DNA from: a phage | Length of the DNA stretch: 64,000 nt | Strand: one strand, 5' to 3' | Sequence record: PZ445442.1 | Shown here: positions 28,189 to 37,534 of the stretch, piece after piece | Position numbering within the stretch: the first letter of the stretch is position 1 | Layout of the letters: the number at the start of each line of letters is the position of its first letter | The notes under the pieces: generated by a model | What the model was told of the DNA's origin: nothing | What the model saw: the letters and a program-made list of their open reading frames with translations, nothing else | Database searches by the model: none | Made by a program: the position numbers and the translations under genes

Positions 28189-28360
28189 TTGGCAACTCTT
28201 CTACCTTAACATGCCGAAAAGTGTTACCGTAATGGTTGATCCATGACATCAGCTCGCTTTCTTGCTCTTCCTCTGGGATGAACTCTCGAATGCTGACAAG
28301 TTTTAAGAAAACCCAATCACAATCTGCACCCATTCTACCAGACAGGCAATAGTGCTTCAT
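28175..28360 (-). CDS. hypothetical protein
   Basis: 61-aa ORF. Confidence 0.4.
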   Translation of the reverse strand: MKHYCLSGRMGADCDWVFLKLVSIREFIPEEEQESELMSWINHYGNTFRHVKVEELPSEAD

Positions 28361-28378
28361 AAAACCCTCCCGCCTGGT

Positions 28379-28573
28379 TTAGAATATTGCTTCTTCCATT
28401 GCGCCTGAGAGCAACAAAGAGGTGATCTGGCTAACATTCATCTCAGACTCTACTTCCTCCCCTTTGAAAGGTTCGCGGCAGAATAGGACTGTTTCAGGAC
28501 TTTTACTTCGAACAATATAATACAAATCATTCAATGTGTTGTAGTAATAAGTGTTAAAATGTAAGTTTTTCAT
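28379..28573 (-). CDS. hypothetical protein
   Basis: 64-aa ORF. Confidence 0.4.
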   Translation of the reverse strand: MKNLHFNTYYYNTLNDLYYIVRSKSPETVLFCREPFKGEEVESEMNVSQITSLLLSGAMEEAIF

Positions 28574-28857
28574 TTTCTAGTCCTCTTCTTAGATTTTTGT
28601 GCAGAAACGCTTTCTGCAATACGAGACAGGCGTTCTTCTGAAGCTTTACCTATCCCAGGTTTCTTGAGCGGGTTATCTTTATGACCGCAATCCAATTGGA
28701 TATTGGATACCTCCCCAACCTTGTAAGTCAATTCTAGCAAAAGGTTGTCGTCCTTGTCAAATGTTCTTACGATAAATTTTTTATCGTTCTCCTGAACTTC
28801 ATATCTGGTACCTGCAGTATACAACATGGTACCATCAGCATAGGATATCCAGATCAT
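28570..28857 (-). CDS. hypothetical protein
   Basis: 95-aa ORF. Confidence 0.45.
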   Translation of the reverse strand: MIWISYADGTMLYTAGTRYEVQENDKKFIVRTFDKDDNLLLELTYKVGEVSNIQLDCGHKDNPLKKPGIGKASEERLSRIAESVSAQKSKKRTRK

Positions 28858-29201
28858 TGAGCCTCCTTCTGCTGCAACAGCATTAACTCTTTGTTAGAGA
28901 TCTTTACTGCTGTTTTTATTGTTCCATCTTTACGGAACCACGACCAGAACTCTACAGTGTCCCCACTATCAAGCAAAGCATACCCGTGGTAGAAGTCTTT
29001 GTCCTTAGACAGTTTCTCATCTATGTCTGCATCGACACATTCATGATCCATAGCATTTTGCCTGAATGCATCGGTTATGCCAATGCACGCCTTGCTCTCA
29101 AGACTGGTATATCCGATATCTTTTAATTCAGTTTCCCAAGTCCAGTACCCTATAAAAGCTAAAACAGCTACCCACAGTAATAACGTTTTAATCTTTGGCA
29201 T
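28854..29201 (-). CDS. putative membrane-anchored/exported protein
   Basis: N-terminal signal-anchor LLLWVAVLAFIGYWTW. Confidence 0.45.
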   Translation of the reverse strand: MPKIKTLLLWVAVLAFIGYWTWETELKDIGYTSLESKACIGITDAFRQNAMDHECVDADIDEKLSKDKDFYHGYALLDSGDTVEFWSWFRKDGTIKTAVKISNKELMLLQQKEAQ

Positions 29202-29263
29202 TCTCTCTACCTCTTTCTTAGTTTATTTCACTATGGCACATCCTTTGTGCCATATCTCAACTA

Positions 29264-29734
29264 CTACTTAAATAGTAGTTCAAAATAGTGCAAAATTAAC
29301 AGAAGTTGAACTACACCTAGTGCAACGGCAAGTATGTTAATCTTAGAATCGAAAAACTTCTTAACTTTTACTCTAAAAGGTTCCTTAATGTCCTTTACGA
29401 TCCTATCTATAGATGACCTCATATCTCTGATTACCATCCTGAACATTAAAGACGGATGCTCCCCCATCTCTGTAACGGAATCGAAAACATACTCTCTTCG
29501 GTCATAAGGGCCGCCAGCTCTGCGTATTAACCTCTCCACAGAGACCTCGAACGTCACACCTGTAACGTAATCATCTATAACAAGTCGTGACGGGTCTTTA
29601 CCTTTACTATCAAGAGGTATCAAAGTTATCTTTCCAGATTTTGTTAAAATTTCCCCTTTTTCAAGCAAGGTGTACCAATGCTCTCTGCCAAGACTGTTGA
29701 GGCACGTTTTTACATATTTAACAAACATCGTCAC
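29264..29734 (-). CDS. hypothetical protein with C-terminal TM helix
   Basis: 156-aa ORF, C-terminal ILAVALGVVQLLLILHYF. Confidence 0.45.
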   Translation of the reverse strand: MTMFVKYVKTCLNSLGREHWYTLLEKGEILTKSGKITLIPLDSKGKDPSRLVIDDYVTGVTFEVSVERLIRRAGGPYDRREYVFDSVTEMGEHPSLMFRMVIRDMRSSIDRIVKDIKEPFRVKVKKFFDSKINILAVALGVVQLLLILHYFELLFK

Positions 29735-29934
29735 CCCTCATCGCACGTCTGATATAACCACTCTATAAAATCTTGATACCATTCTCCCTCTGAGCGCTCC
29801 GTAGGCCAATAATCTTCACCCTCTCGTGCATTAAAATCTGAGTATTCAACTTTCCACTCCTTTACCAGCTCGTGGAGAAGGTTTTCAGCCTGCTCTAAAG
29901 ATTTATTTTTTACCATTGCTGTCTCCTTTTTCAA
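29731..29934 (-). CDS. hypothetical protein
   Basis: 67-aa ORF. Confidence 0.4.
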   Translation of the reverse strand: MKKETAMVKNKSLEQAENLLHELVKEWKVEYSDFNAREGEDYWPTERSEGEWYQDFIEWLYQTCDEG

Positions 29935-30135
29935 GATAGTTATACATCAGAACTGCACCACCTAAGATGGCTACCAGTAACAATACCCCAGATAGCATCT
30001 CAATAAACATGGCTTGAAACACTGGAAGGCCTCCCTAAATTAACGCACCATTTTAAATACATGCTCTTTTCCCATAAAGGTGCCTGGCTAAGATCTGCGT
30101 AGAACGCAATCTCTTTAAGAACAGTATAAACAGTT

Positions 30136-30372
30136 TTAGGTGCGGTCTCCATCCCTACCCTCCTTTTTCTCCTTACGGATATTCTTGTAGTAATCAACCA
30201 GGCACATTATCACGATGAAGATAACAACAGGCCAAAAAGGTGCAGCAGTGATGATGGTGATAAAATCATCAAACTTCACCCTTCGTCTGGACACGATGCA
30301 TACACCTGTCAAGAATACCGCTGTTATAACGGACATTACCAGGTAACCTATTAGCACAACATTTATACTCAT
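30136..30372 (-). CDS. putative membrane protein (two TM helices)
   Basis: 78-aa ORF, two hydrophobic segments. Confidence 0.45.
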   Translation of the reverse strand: MSINVVLIGYLVMSVITAVFLTGVCIVSRRRVKFDDFITIITAAPFWPVVIFIVIMCLVDYYKNIRKEKKEGRDGDRT

Positions 30373-30402
30373 TGGTCCTCCCTTTGTAGGTTAAATTGTA
30401 TA

Positions 30403-30936
30403 CTACGGATGGTTGCTGATGGTGTTAAGAAAATTATCCCGTTCTTTCTCAGAGTTTTCACGAGTGTAGCTGAAAAACATGTCTAGAATAACCTTATTGA
30501 TATATTCCAGCTCCTCTGTGTTCAGGTACTTAGCAGGATCTGCAATGACATCCCAAGTCTCATACAGACCGCACTCATGATACCCCCAACGCTGCTCAAT
30601 TGTCAAGCTGAGTGGCAAATCTTTACCGTCACAAACAACCTTCCATCTACAAATGCTGGTATCTGGGCGTATCTGTGCACGGTATATCTGTACAAAATCC
30701 AATTTGAATTTGAGGTACTCGTCATACAATTTAAGCACAAAGCTCTCGATTTGTGGAGACACTTTTGCAGCAAACTGTGCGTATTTGTACTTGCACTGGA
30801 TGATCTTTCTGCGTTTTGCAGTTAAATTTTTTGCCGCCAGTTGTTCTTCAGTGTATCTCCACCTACGATCAACAAACGCAACAGGGTCTTTGTCCCCATA
30901 GAGGTCTTCCCAGTTAATCAGAAGCATACCTGTCAC
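30403..30936 (-). CDS. hypothetical protein
   Basis: 177-aa ORF. Confidence 0.5.
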   Translation of the reverse strand: MTGMLLINWEDLYGDKDPVAFVDRRWRYTEEQLAAKNLTAKRRKIIQCKYKYAQFAAKVSPQIESFVLKLYDEYLKFKLDFVQIYRAQIRPDTSICRWKVVCDGKDLPLSLTIEQRWGYHECGLYETWDVIADPAKYLNTEELEYINKVILDMFFSYTRENSEKERDNFLNTISNHP

Positions 30937-31166
30937 TCCTCCACAACTTCAAGGCCTTTACCGCCTCGCTCTGGCAGATTACTTAAAGATAGGTAATACA
31001 TATAATCAGGAGAGATCCTGCCAGACTCTGCACCTGCAGCTAGTAAATCCTTCCCTTTAACCAGGACAACATTCTCGTTTGCAGATAGCCGTTTTGCTTC
31101 CACAATTTTACCAACACAGTCAACCAAGGAAGGGTACCCTAAATCTGTAAGAAATTTAACTTTCAT
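30933..31166 (-). CDS. small protein, paralog family A
   Basis: MKVKFLTDLG...GKDLLAAGAESG...LEVVEE. Confidence 0.5.
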   Translation of the reverse strand: MKVKFLTDLGYPSLVDCVGKIVEAKRLSANENVVLVKGKDLLAAGAESGRISPDYMYYLSLSNLPERGGKGLEVVEE

Positions 31167-31205
31167 GCTACCTCCTGCTTCTACCGTCCCTGGTAAGATA
31201 AATTA

Positions 31206-31604
31206 TTACTGAACAGAGCGCGGGGCTGGGAAGGATAACTCTTCTAAAGAGAAGATTTCATTTCCTACCACCCAAGTTGCTGGATCATCTGGGTTGACGG
31301 GATAGATAATCATCACCTCGTCAGTGTTACATACCCGCTTTTTACCTGTGGAGTCATCAGCAACCAGCATGCGCGGTTCTTCAGAAATGCACAGGTAGCC
31401 TCCTCGGCCCACTGTTCCTTCCACAGGGTCTTGCCCTTTGATCACGATGATTATCTTCTCTCCTGAGGCGATATTACCTTGCACACTCACCGTTTGACCA
31501 ACCTTGGATGTGCCAATCTTAGTGACTTCGAACATTACATCCCGAATTACTGTTGCATAATCGCCAGACACTTTCTTACCTTCTTTAGTGATCTCAATCT
31601 TCAT
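31206..31604 (-). CDS. hypothetical protein
   Basis: 132-aa ORF. Confidence 0.5.
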   Translation of the reverse strand: MKIEITKEGKKVSGDYATVIRDVMFEVTKIGTSKVGQTVSVQGNIASGEKIIIVIKGQDPVEGTVGRGGYLCISEEPRMLVADDSTGKKRVCNTDEVMIIYPVNPDDPATWVVGNEIFSLEELSFPAPRSVQ

Positions 31605-31867
31605 ACACTGGGCTCCTTAAATGAATCTATGTAATCAATTAAATCCCAAGCATCGCGATGGGCTGTCAGAGGGTATACTTCCCCAAGAGGGATCATGGCA
31701 ATAAGTCTATCAAAAACCCAATCTGGACGCAACATTTTATGGTGATATTCCCACTCACCTTCTACAGATTTTTTCTGAGTAATCAGGATCTCTGTGTAGT
31801 GTTTCGCCTGTCTTGAGTAAATTGAGAATGACTTGTACATAAATGACCCCCTTGTTGAGAACAACAA
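31601..31867 (-). CDS. hypothetical protein
   Basis: 88-aa ORF. Confidence 0.45.
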   Translation of the reverse strand: MLFSTRGSFMYKSFSIYSRQAKHYTEILITQKKSVEGEWEYHHKMLRPDWVFDRLIAMIPLGEVYPLTAHRDAWDLIDYIDSFKEPSV

Positions 31868-31874
31868 TACACAA

Positions 31875-32189
31875 CTACCAGGTTACTGTCAAGTAGGCAA
31901 CCGTGTTATTTTTCTCTGGAGAGATGCCGACAACATCTACCTGCAAACCTCCTGCCCTTAAATCTCCAACAATGTGCGGGAAGTAATCTGAGAGATGCGA
32001 CGGTAGATTTATCGAAAATCCGCATCCCAGAAAGCCTGCTAACGCTTTATTTTGTATCTCCCCTACAATCGCATCATAAATGGAGTTAAGCTCGTCAGGG
32101 AGCGTTACAGGACGTTTTAGCGCTAACTGGTGTAATTTGTCCTTAGCACTCATTTTCATTTCAGGTCTACCTCTGGGGGTGCCAACCAC
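31875..32189 (-). CDS. hypothetical protein
   Basis: 104-aa ORF. Confidence 0.45.
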   Translation of the reverse strand: MVGTPRGRPEMKMSAKDKLHQLALKRPVTLPDELNSIYDAIVGEIQNKALAGFLGCGFSINLPSHLSDYFPHIVGDLRAGGLQVDVVGISPEKNNTVAYLTVTW

Positions 32190-32689
32190 ATAAATGGCGG
32201 CAAGTCTAAACGGTTTTTCTTATCCCACACAAAATATGCATATGCTTGCCCGTCAGTTCTACCATTTGATTGAAATGATGGACGCTTAGATATTGTGATC
32301 ACAGTAGTAGGTGCATTATCAAGCCACCATTCAAATCTGGCTTTGCTTTCCAGAAAATTAAGACGCAAAAGCATAATAACTACGTCAGCATCTTTCAACG
32401 CCTTGTCTACGAACTCACGGGCCAGACTGTATGGTGGGTTGGTGATAATACAGTCAACATGGTTGTATTCTGTATTCAGATAGTCAACACCTTCTTGGAT
32501 TTCTCCCCATGCAGATCCTAACGGCATACGGGAGTAGAACACACCTGAGGCACTATTCCTGCAAGGCTCTAAGTAGGTCCAGTCTTCTGGGAACGGAATA
32601 AGGTCATACAGCCCTTCTGCACACCACTCCGGTGTCACATACTCATCGTAGGCGTTACGTTGTTCATCAGGTTTTCTAGCACAAGTCAT
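32156..32689 (-). CDS. putative DNA N6-adenine methyltransferase (small phage Dam-like)
   Basis: Catalytic motif IV DCIITNPPY; 177 aa, no obvious separate target-recognition domain. Confidence 0.5.
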   Translation of the reverse strand: MTCARKPDEQRNAYDEYVTPEWCAEGLYDLIPFPEDWTYLEPCRNSASGVFYSRMPLGSAWGEIQEGVDYLNTEYNHVDCIITNPPYSLAREFVDKALKDADVVIMLLRLNFLESKARFEWWLDNAPTTVITISKRPSFQSNGRTDGQAYAYFVWDKKNRLDLPPFMWLAPPEVDLK

Positions 32690-32740
32690 GCAAATCTCCA
32701 GATCATAAAAGCCCTCCGAAGAGGGCTTTAGAATTAATGT

Positions 32741-33790
32741 TTAAGCTTCTTCGACAATTCCTGCACCCAGGATTTTTTCATTGAGCTCTTTTGCTGTTTT
32801 AATAATATTGTCCACCAGGCGCTTGCGAGTCTTATCTTTCACCTTAACCTCTTCACCGCCGTTCAGAGTAGTCTTCAATTGAGACAGAATATCCTGAAGT
32901 TCAACGACAGAGAATCTCTGCAGATCTTCTGAAGTAATCTCACCCAGGGCAATTCTGATGGTCTCGCCACTTTCCATCTGCAGATTCAGGAACACAGTGT
33001 GAACATCACCTTTCGAACCACCCGCTTTTGCAGATTCAACAGCATGAACTAACTCATCTAAAGATGTGCACTGGTGAATCTCCGGGAGACCTGCTTCACC
33101 TAACACGCCTTCTTCATCACCTTTTGCCAGAAGCTTTTTCGGTTTTTGTCCGTTCTGGATGCGTTGTATGTTGCCTTCATCCAGAATAATAGCTCCAGTG
33201 CGTGCTGCCAGCTCTTCTCCGTCCAACCACACTTCGCCACCAGCTGTGATGGATGCGATCTCATCTTCTGTCAGCACCCCACCGTAGTATTTTTCAATCA
33301 GGCGTTCAAAACGTTTTTTCCAGTAGCTGACCTGAGTATTCATGTTCACACCGTTACCATAAGTGCCACCTTGATAGTAGTGGAACATAAACTCTGTGTC
33401 CGGAGCCACAGTGCGTTCTTTGCAACCCAGCCATAAGATTGTTCCCGCAGAGCAGCACATTCCTTCAGCATGTGCAACAACGCTTGCCTGAGACTCGCGG
33501 AATGCCTGCAGATAAGCCATCGCAATGTGCACGCAACCACCAGGGCTGTTAATGATCACTCGAATGCTTTCTTCAGGCTGAGCCATACGGATCGTCTGCA
33601 GGCGAGACATATGATCCTGCAGGTCTTCCAAATCGTCGATATAAAGAACGTGGTCAACAACAGGTGTTGGGTAGCTGTATGTTTCCATGATACCGCCCGG
33701 CATACCAAACATTTTATTACTCATAGGTTCGAAACCGTTCTGTTTCTCTTTCATGCCGTGTACCATGGTGCTGCGAGGTGTTAAATTCAT
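32741..33790 (-). CDS. ClpP-like serine peptidase (S14/S49 fold) with C-terminal extension
   Basis: VINSPGG, AEGMCCSAGTILWLG (Ser region) and FMFHYYQGG (His region) resemble the ClpP catalytic core. Confidence 0.55.
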   Translation of the reverse strand: MNLTPRSTMVHGMKEKQNGFEPMSNKMFGMPGGIMETYSYPTPVVDHVLYIDDLEDLQDHMSRLQTIRMAQPEESIRVIINSPGGCVHIAMAYLQAFRESQASVVAHAEGMCCSAGTILWLGCKERTVAPDTEFMFHYYQGGTYGNGVNMNTQVSYWKKRFERLIEKYYGGVLTEDEIASITAGGEVWLDGEELAARTGAIILDEGNIQRIQNGQKPKKLLAKGDEEGVLGEAGLPEIHQCTSLDELVHAVESAKAGGSKGDVHTVFLNLQMESGETIRIALGEITSEDLQRFSVVELQDILSQLKTTLNGGEEVKVKDKTRKRLVDNIIKTAKELNEKILGAGIVEEA

Positions 33791-33850
33791 GAGAAATCCT
33801 TAATATTGGAAGTTGAAAGCTATTTATTTAAACCTGATTCACATTTACCT

Positions 33851-34162
33851 TTATTTAGCAATCACTATGGAATACTTACGATTGTCAGAAGCATCACAAC
33901 TCAATGATTGCCAGTCTACCACATACCACGTATCATTGTCAACAATTACTTTATCGCCTGTTCTGTAGCAAGTGCTGCTTTCAATAATTCGAGACTCGAT
34001 AAAGAATCTGTGTCGGCGCTCACGTAGCAACGCTAAGTTAATTATATTACCACCGCTGTCCTTGGTCCACACATTCTTGGATCCTTTATTTGCCAAAATT
34101 GTCTCGCCGTTATAGACAAACAGGCAGTATATTTTATTCAGTTTCTCTTGTATTGTAGCCAT
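33851..34162 (-). CDS. hypothetical protein
   Basis: 103-aa ORF. Confidence 0.45.
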   Translation of the reverse strand: MATIQEKLNKIYCLFVYNGETILANKGSKNVWTKDSGGNIINLALLRERRHRFFIESRIIESSTCYRTGDKVIVDNDTWYVVDWQSLSCDASDNRKYSIVIAK

Positions 34163-34263
34163 ACTGTCCTTCTCTCTGTTTTGTCCGATAATAATATCTA
34201 AAGCTTACCTATTTGTCAACAACTGTTTTAGATATTTAAGGGTGGAATAACCACCCTTCTGTA

Positions 34264-35052
34264 TTACTCGGAAACAGGGGTCCAAATATGATTTGCACGA
34301 TCCTCAATAAGATTGAGTGCGATCTGACGGCCCAACCCGGAACGAACGACATCGTCTGGACTATCAAAGCTGATCATTCCAACCTCAGGATCTGGATGAC
34401 GAGTAAAGAAATCCGTCACCCACGCAAGGCCAGATTTACCAGGGATGTCACGTTGGCTATTATCACCCATAATTACAAGGGTGGCTTGATCAGAGATCCT
34501 TGTGATAATTGACAACATTTCTTCAGGGTTAGTTTGCTGTGCCTCGTCAATCAGGACAAAGCATCGCTCATCGAAACTACGACCACGAATGCTTTCAACC
34601 TCACAAATCTCGATACGACTGTTCTGACCGTCTCCCAGCATTGCGGCAAAAGCACCTTTGCCAACACGACGACAAATCGTGTCCATCATGCTTCGAAGAT
34701 AGGGCCACAGTTTCTGCATTGCATTTCCGGGTTTAAATCCTGAAGTCTTTCCTGTCTGGACGTAAGGACGTGCAACAATGATCTTATCAATCTCGTTCTT
34801 ACGCAGAAGATCACCTGCATATGCAGATGCCATAAATGTCTTACCGGATCCAAACACACCGTTTACAATAATAATCTTACGTGACCCTAGATAATCAAGA
34901 TACTTTTGCTGCTTCTTATTCATTGGTCGGAGAGCTGGAGCGGTGTGCTCTCTTTCGTCAGCAAATTTCTCAGCAGCCTTACGCAAGCGATCAGATTTGC
35001 GAGCCTCTCTAGCTTCATCACGCATGCGTTTTGTTTCTTTAGCTCGACCCAT
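34264..35052 (-). CDS. phoH: PhoH-like ATPase
   Basis: Walker A VFGSGKTF, RPYVQTGKTSGFKPG, IRGRSF, Walker B/DEAQQ, MGDNSQRD - PhoH family pattern. Confidence 0.8.
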   Translation of the reverse strand: MGRAKETKRMRDEAREARKSDRLRKAAEKFADEREHTAPALRPMNKKQQKYLDYLGSRKIIIVNGVFGSGKTFMASAYAGDLLRKNEIDKIIVARPYVQTGKTSGFKPGNAMQKLWPYLRSMMDTICRRVGKGAFAAMLGDGQNSRIEICEVESIRGRSFDERCFVLIDEAQQTNPEEMLSIITRISDQATLVIMGDNSQRDIPGKSGLAWVTDFFTRHPDPEVGMISFDSPDDVVRSGLGRQIALNLIEDRANHIWTPVSE

Positions 35053-35090
35053 GTTGGGACTCCTTTCAGATTGAGATGTGCCAAGTACTT

Positions 35091-35441
35091 TTACTGCAAC
35101 AGTTTTTCAATAGCCGCTTCCATGCTGCTTGCAACAGCCTGAACTCGGATATTCATCTCTTCTTGGTGGATCAGCTCCTTAAGCTCTTTAATGGTAAATT
35201 CTTTAGAGAAACCTTCCACCATAATCTTGTGCAAGGCTTCTTGCGTGTCTACTTGCAAGAACTTTTCCAGTTTGTTGGCAGAGGCTTCTAAATCAGCCCG
35301 AATACGAGGGTCATCTGTGCGATTCAGCATTAGGCGTAAGCCATCAAGATTAGTAGAAATAGCATCTGCATGTTGAGTAACTAACCGTGGCAAAATGAGA
35401 TCTACAAACTTATTAGCCAAATCGATACGTTCTTGTGTCAC
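35091..35441 (-). CDS. hypothetical protein
   Basis: 116-aa ORF, GTG start. Confidence 0.45.
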   Translation of the reverse strand: MTQERIDLANKFVDLILPRLVTQHADAISTNLDGLRLMLNRTDDPRIRADLEASANKLEKFLQVDTQEALHKIMVEGFSKEFTIKELKELIHQEEMNIRVQAVASSMEAAIEKLLQ

Positions 35442-35551
35442 TGTTGCACCCCCTCTTCATCTCCATGATGTTTCTTTTCACGCTTGTGTTTTTTCTTAAG
35501 CTCAAGCGCAATCTCTTTCTTGTACGCCTTCTTCAAGGCTTTTTTAGCCAT
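35438..35551 (-). CDS. small lysine-rich basic protein (37 aa)
   Basis: ATG 35551 with GGAGGTG RBS; below track cutoff. Confidence 0.35.
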   Translation of the reverse strand: MAKKALKKAYKKEIALELKKKHKREKKHHGDEEGVQQ

Positions 35552-35615
35552 TTGGCACCTCCTCTGCTTTCATTTTACGATAATTATACCTATCTAAACA
35601 AAGCTTTGTCAACAA

Positions 35616-36089
35616 CTAGTCTACCTGAACCCAACCGCCTGATACTTTTTTAAACATTCTTTGGTTATCACTGCCTCGGAACGGTTTCTTGGTTGGTAAA
35701 TCTTTTACATACTTACCGTCAATGATGATATCAGCCAGTTTAAGAACATCACTAGAGATATGGTCAAATGTGAACCCAGTATATACAAGAATAGTTTTCT
35801 TGTCACCAAATTTTTCCTTAATTTTCTCCATCAGGCTAATAATATCTGGCTCATTATAGTATGCTAAGGGTTCTCCACCCAGCAGAGAGATACCGCACAC
35901 AGACGGGTTATCTAAATCTGACAAGATTTTTTGCAAGTCTTCTTCAGTGAACTCCCTCCCCTTATCTTTTGACCAAAATGCCTGATTAAAGCAACCAGGG
36001 CAAGCGTGTGGGCACCCAGATACCCACAAGGCAGTTCTAATACCTGGCCCTTCGGTGTAAGATATTTCTGTGTATCCGACAATGTTCAT
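35616..36089 (-). CDS. nrdG: anaerobic ribonucleotide reductase activating protein (radical SAM)
   Basis: GPGIRTALWVSGCPHACPGCFN with CxxxCxxC cluster. Confidence 0.85.
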   Translation of the reverse strand: MNIVGYTEISYTEGPGIRTALWVSGCPHACPGCFNQAFWSKDKGREFTEEDLQKILSDLDNPSVCGISLLGGEPLAYYNEPDIISLMEKIKEKFGDKKTILVYTGFTFDHISSDVLKLADIIIDGKYVKDLPTKKPFRGSDNQRMFKKVSGGWVQVD

Positions 36090-36202
36090 AGATACTCCGC
36101 ATCACATTTAGGGCAATGCCAAATAAAATCGTCTAGTGCCTTGCACCAACGAAGATTGCAACTACAGCCGCACTTGCAAATTTTATAAATACCTGATGAC
36201 AT
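36086..36202 (-). CDS. small Cys-rich Zn-ribbon-like protein (38 aa)
   Basis: MSSGIYKICKCGCSCNLRWCKALDDFIWHCPKCDAEYL; AGGAGG RBS; ATGA overlap with nrdG; below track cutoff. Confidence 0.4.
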   Translation of the reverse strand: MSSGIYKICKCGCSCNLRWCKALDDFIWHCPKCDAEYL

Positions 36203-36265
36203 ACTGCACCTCCTAGCTCACTGTGTGTCAATAATATGCCACATCCTTGTGGCTTTTGTCAAGAA

Positions 36266-37534
36266 TCAGCAACCACAACTTCCGTAGTGCTTAACTCGCT
36301 CGATAACTTCCGCTTGCTTACCTTTATTGTAAGGACGGGAGTTAGGACTGGAAAGATATCCAGACACTCTTCGGATCACTGAGATATATTGTTCATCGTG
36401 GCATCCGCACGCAGGGCAGCAGAACCCTTTAGCTGTTGCACTGAACTCACCAGAGAAACCACACTTGAGACATTTATCCACAGGTTGGTTAATACCAAAA
36501 TACATAATGTGTTTATACCCGAAGTCAACAAGAGCCTCTAAAGCATCCAGGTTGTTTTTCAGGTTAGGTGTCTCTACGTATCCGATGTTGCCACCAGAGG
36601 AGATCATAGCAAAACCTTCCTCATACTCCCACTTATCAAAAGGAGAGCTATTTATCCATACTGGCTGATGGAAACTGTTGGTGAGATATTCATGCTCGTG
36701 CTTCAACACTTCCGGATATTCACGATCCAGACAGGTTGCAGCTTTATAGCATAGACTCTCAGAAGGAGTGCCGTACAAGCTAAATGCTAGTCTACTTTCC
36801 TTCTTGTATCGCTCACAAGCATCTCTCATGTGCTGAAGGATTCTAAGAGCTAAAGCCTTGTCACCCTCTCTACCCAAAATCTGACAGGTTTCATACACAC
36901 CAATATACCCAATACTGATGGAAGCGTACCCGTCATAGAAGAGTTTATCAATACTCTCTTCAGGACCCAGGCGAGCAAGAGCGCCTTCACACCACATGAT
37001 AGGGTTCTGCCCTGCCTTGGTGCCTTTCAGACGGTTAACCCTTACAAGGTGAGCTTCATATGCCAAATCCAGATACTCGTCAAGAACGGCAAAGAAATCA
37101 ACACCTTCCGTCTTAGCTTTTGCCGCAATCATTGGTAGGTTAAGGCTAACAACACCCAAGTTGAATCTGCCGAGGTATTTCTCCTCACCTGTTTCCAAGT
37201 CATTGTATTTGCTAAGAAAACTCCGGCAACCCATGCTCGTTACTTTGCCATCTGTCGATCCTGTTACTTTACGATTTAGTGGAACAGAAACAAAGTCAGG
37301 ATAAATCCGCTCTGCAGAGCATTCCAGAGCTAATCGTTTCAAATCATAGTTAGGATCTCCAGGGTTCATGTTGACACCCTCTTCTAGGAAGAACAACACT
37401 TTAGGGAACACAGGTGTGATACGTTCTTCACCAAGACCCATTTTGTGGACTTTCAAGTAGTTTTTGGTAATCATTCTACCAAAGACTGAGGTGTCCAGAC
37501 CTAAACTTAATGTGATGAATGGAGTCTGCTGTCT
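36266..37534 (-). CDS. nrdD: anaerobic ribonucleotide reductase NrdD, exon 2 (C-terminal part; 5' boundary approximate)
   Basis: C-terminal Zn-binding cysteines and glycyl-radical motif RVSGY; frame stays open 93 nt upstream of annotated ATG to the HEG stop. Confidence 0.8.
   Translation of the reverse strand, partial: RQQTPFITLSLGLDTSVFGRMITKNYLKVHKMGLGEERITPVFPKVLFFLEEGVNMNPGDPNYDLKRLALECSAERIYPDFVSVPLNRKVTGSTDGKVTSMGCRSFLSKYNDLETGEEKYLGRFNLGVVSLNLPMIAAKAKTEGVDFFAVLDEYLDLAYEAHLVRVNRLKGTKAGQNPIMWCEGALARLGPEESIDKLFYDGYASISIGYIGVYETCQILGREGDKALALRILQHMRDACERYKKESRLAFSLYGTPSESLCYKAATCLDREYPEVLKHEHEYLTNSFHQPVWINSSPFDKWEYEEGFAMISSGGNIGYVETPNLKNNLDALEALVDFGYKHIMYFGINQPVDKCLKCGFSGEFSATAKGFCCPACGCHDEQYISVIRRVSGYLSSPNSRPYNKGKQAEVIERVKHYGSCGC

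Noticed and set aside
27919-28209. 96-aa + strand ORF across the 96-bp tandem repeat
   Set aside because: Its protein is an internal repeat artefact (the same 32 aa twice) on the non-coding strand of this block, with no RBS; the - strand 29-aa peptide ORFs are the better explanation
33146-34743. + strand track ORFs inside the ClpP-like and PhoH genes
   Set aside because: Opposite strongly supported - strand genes with recognisable motifs; no RBS
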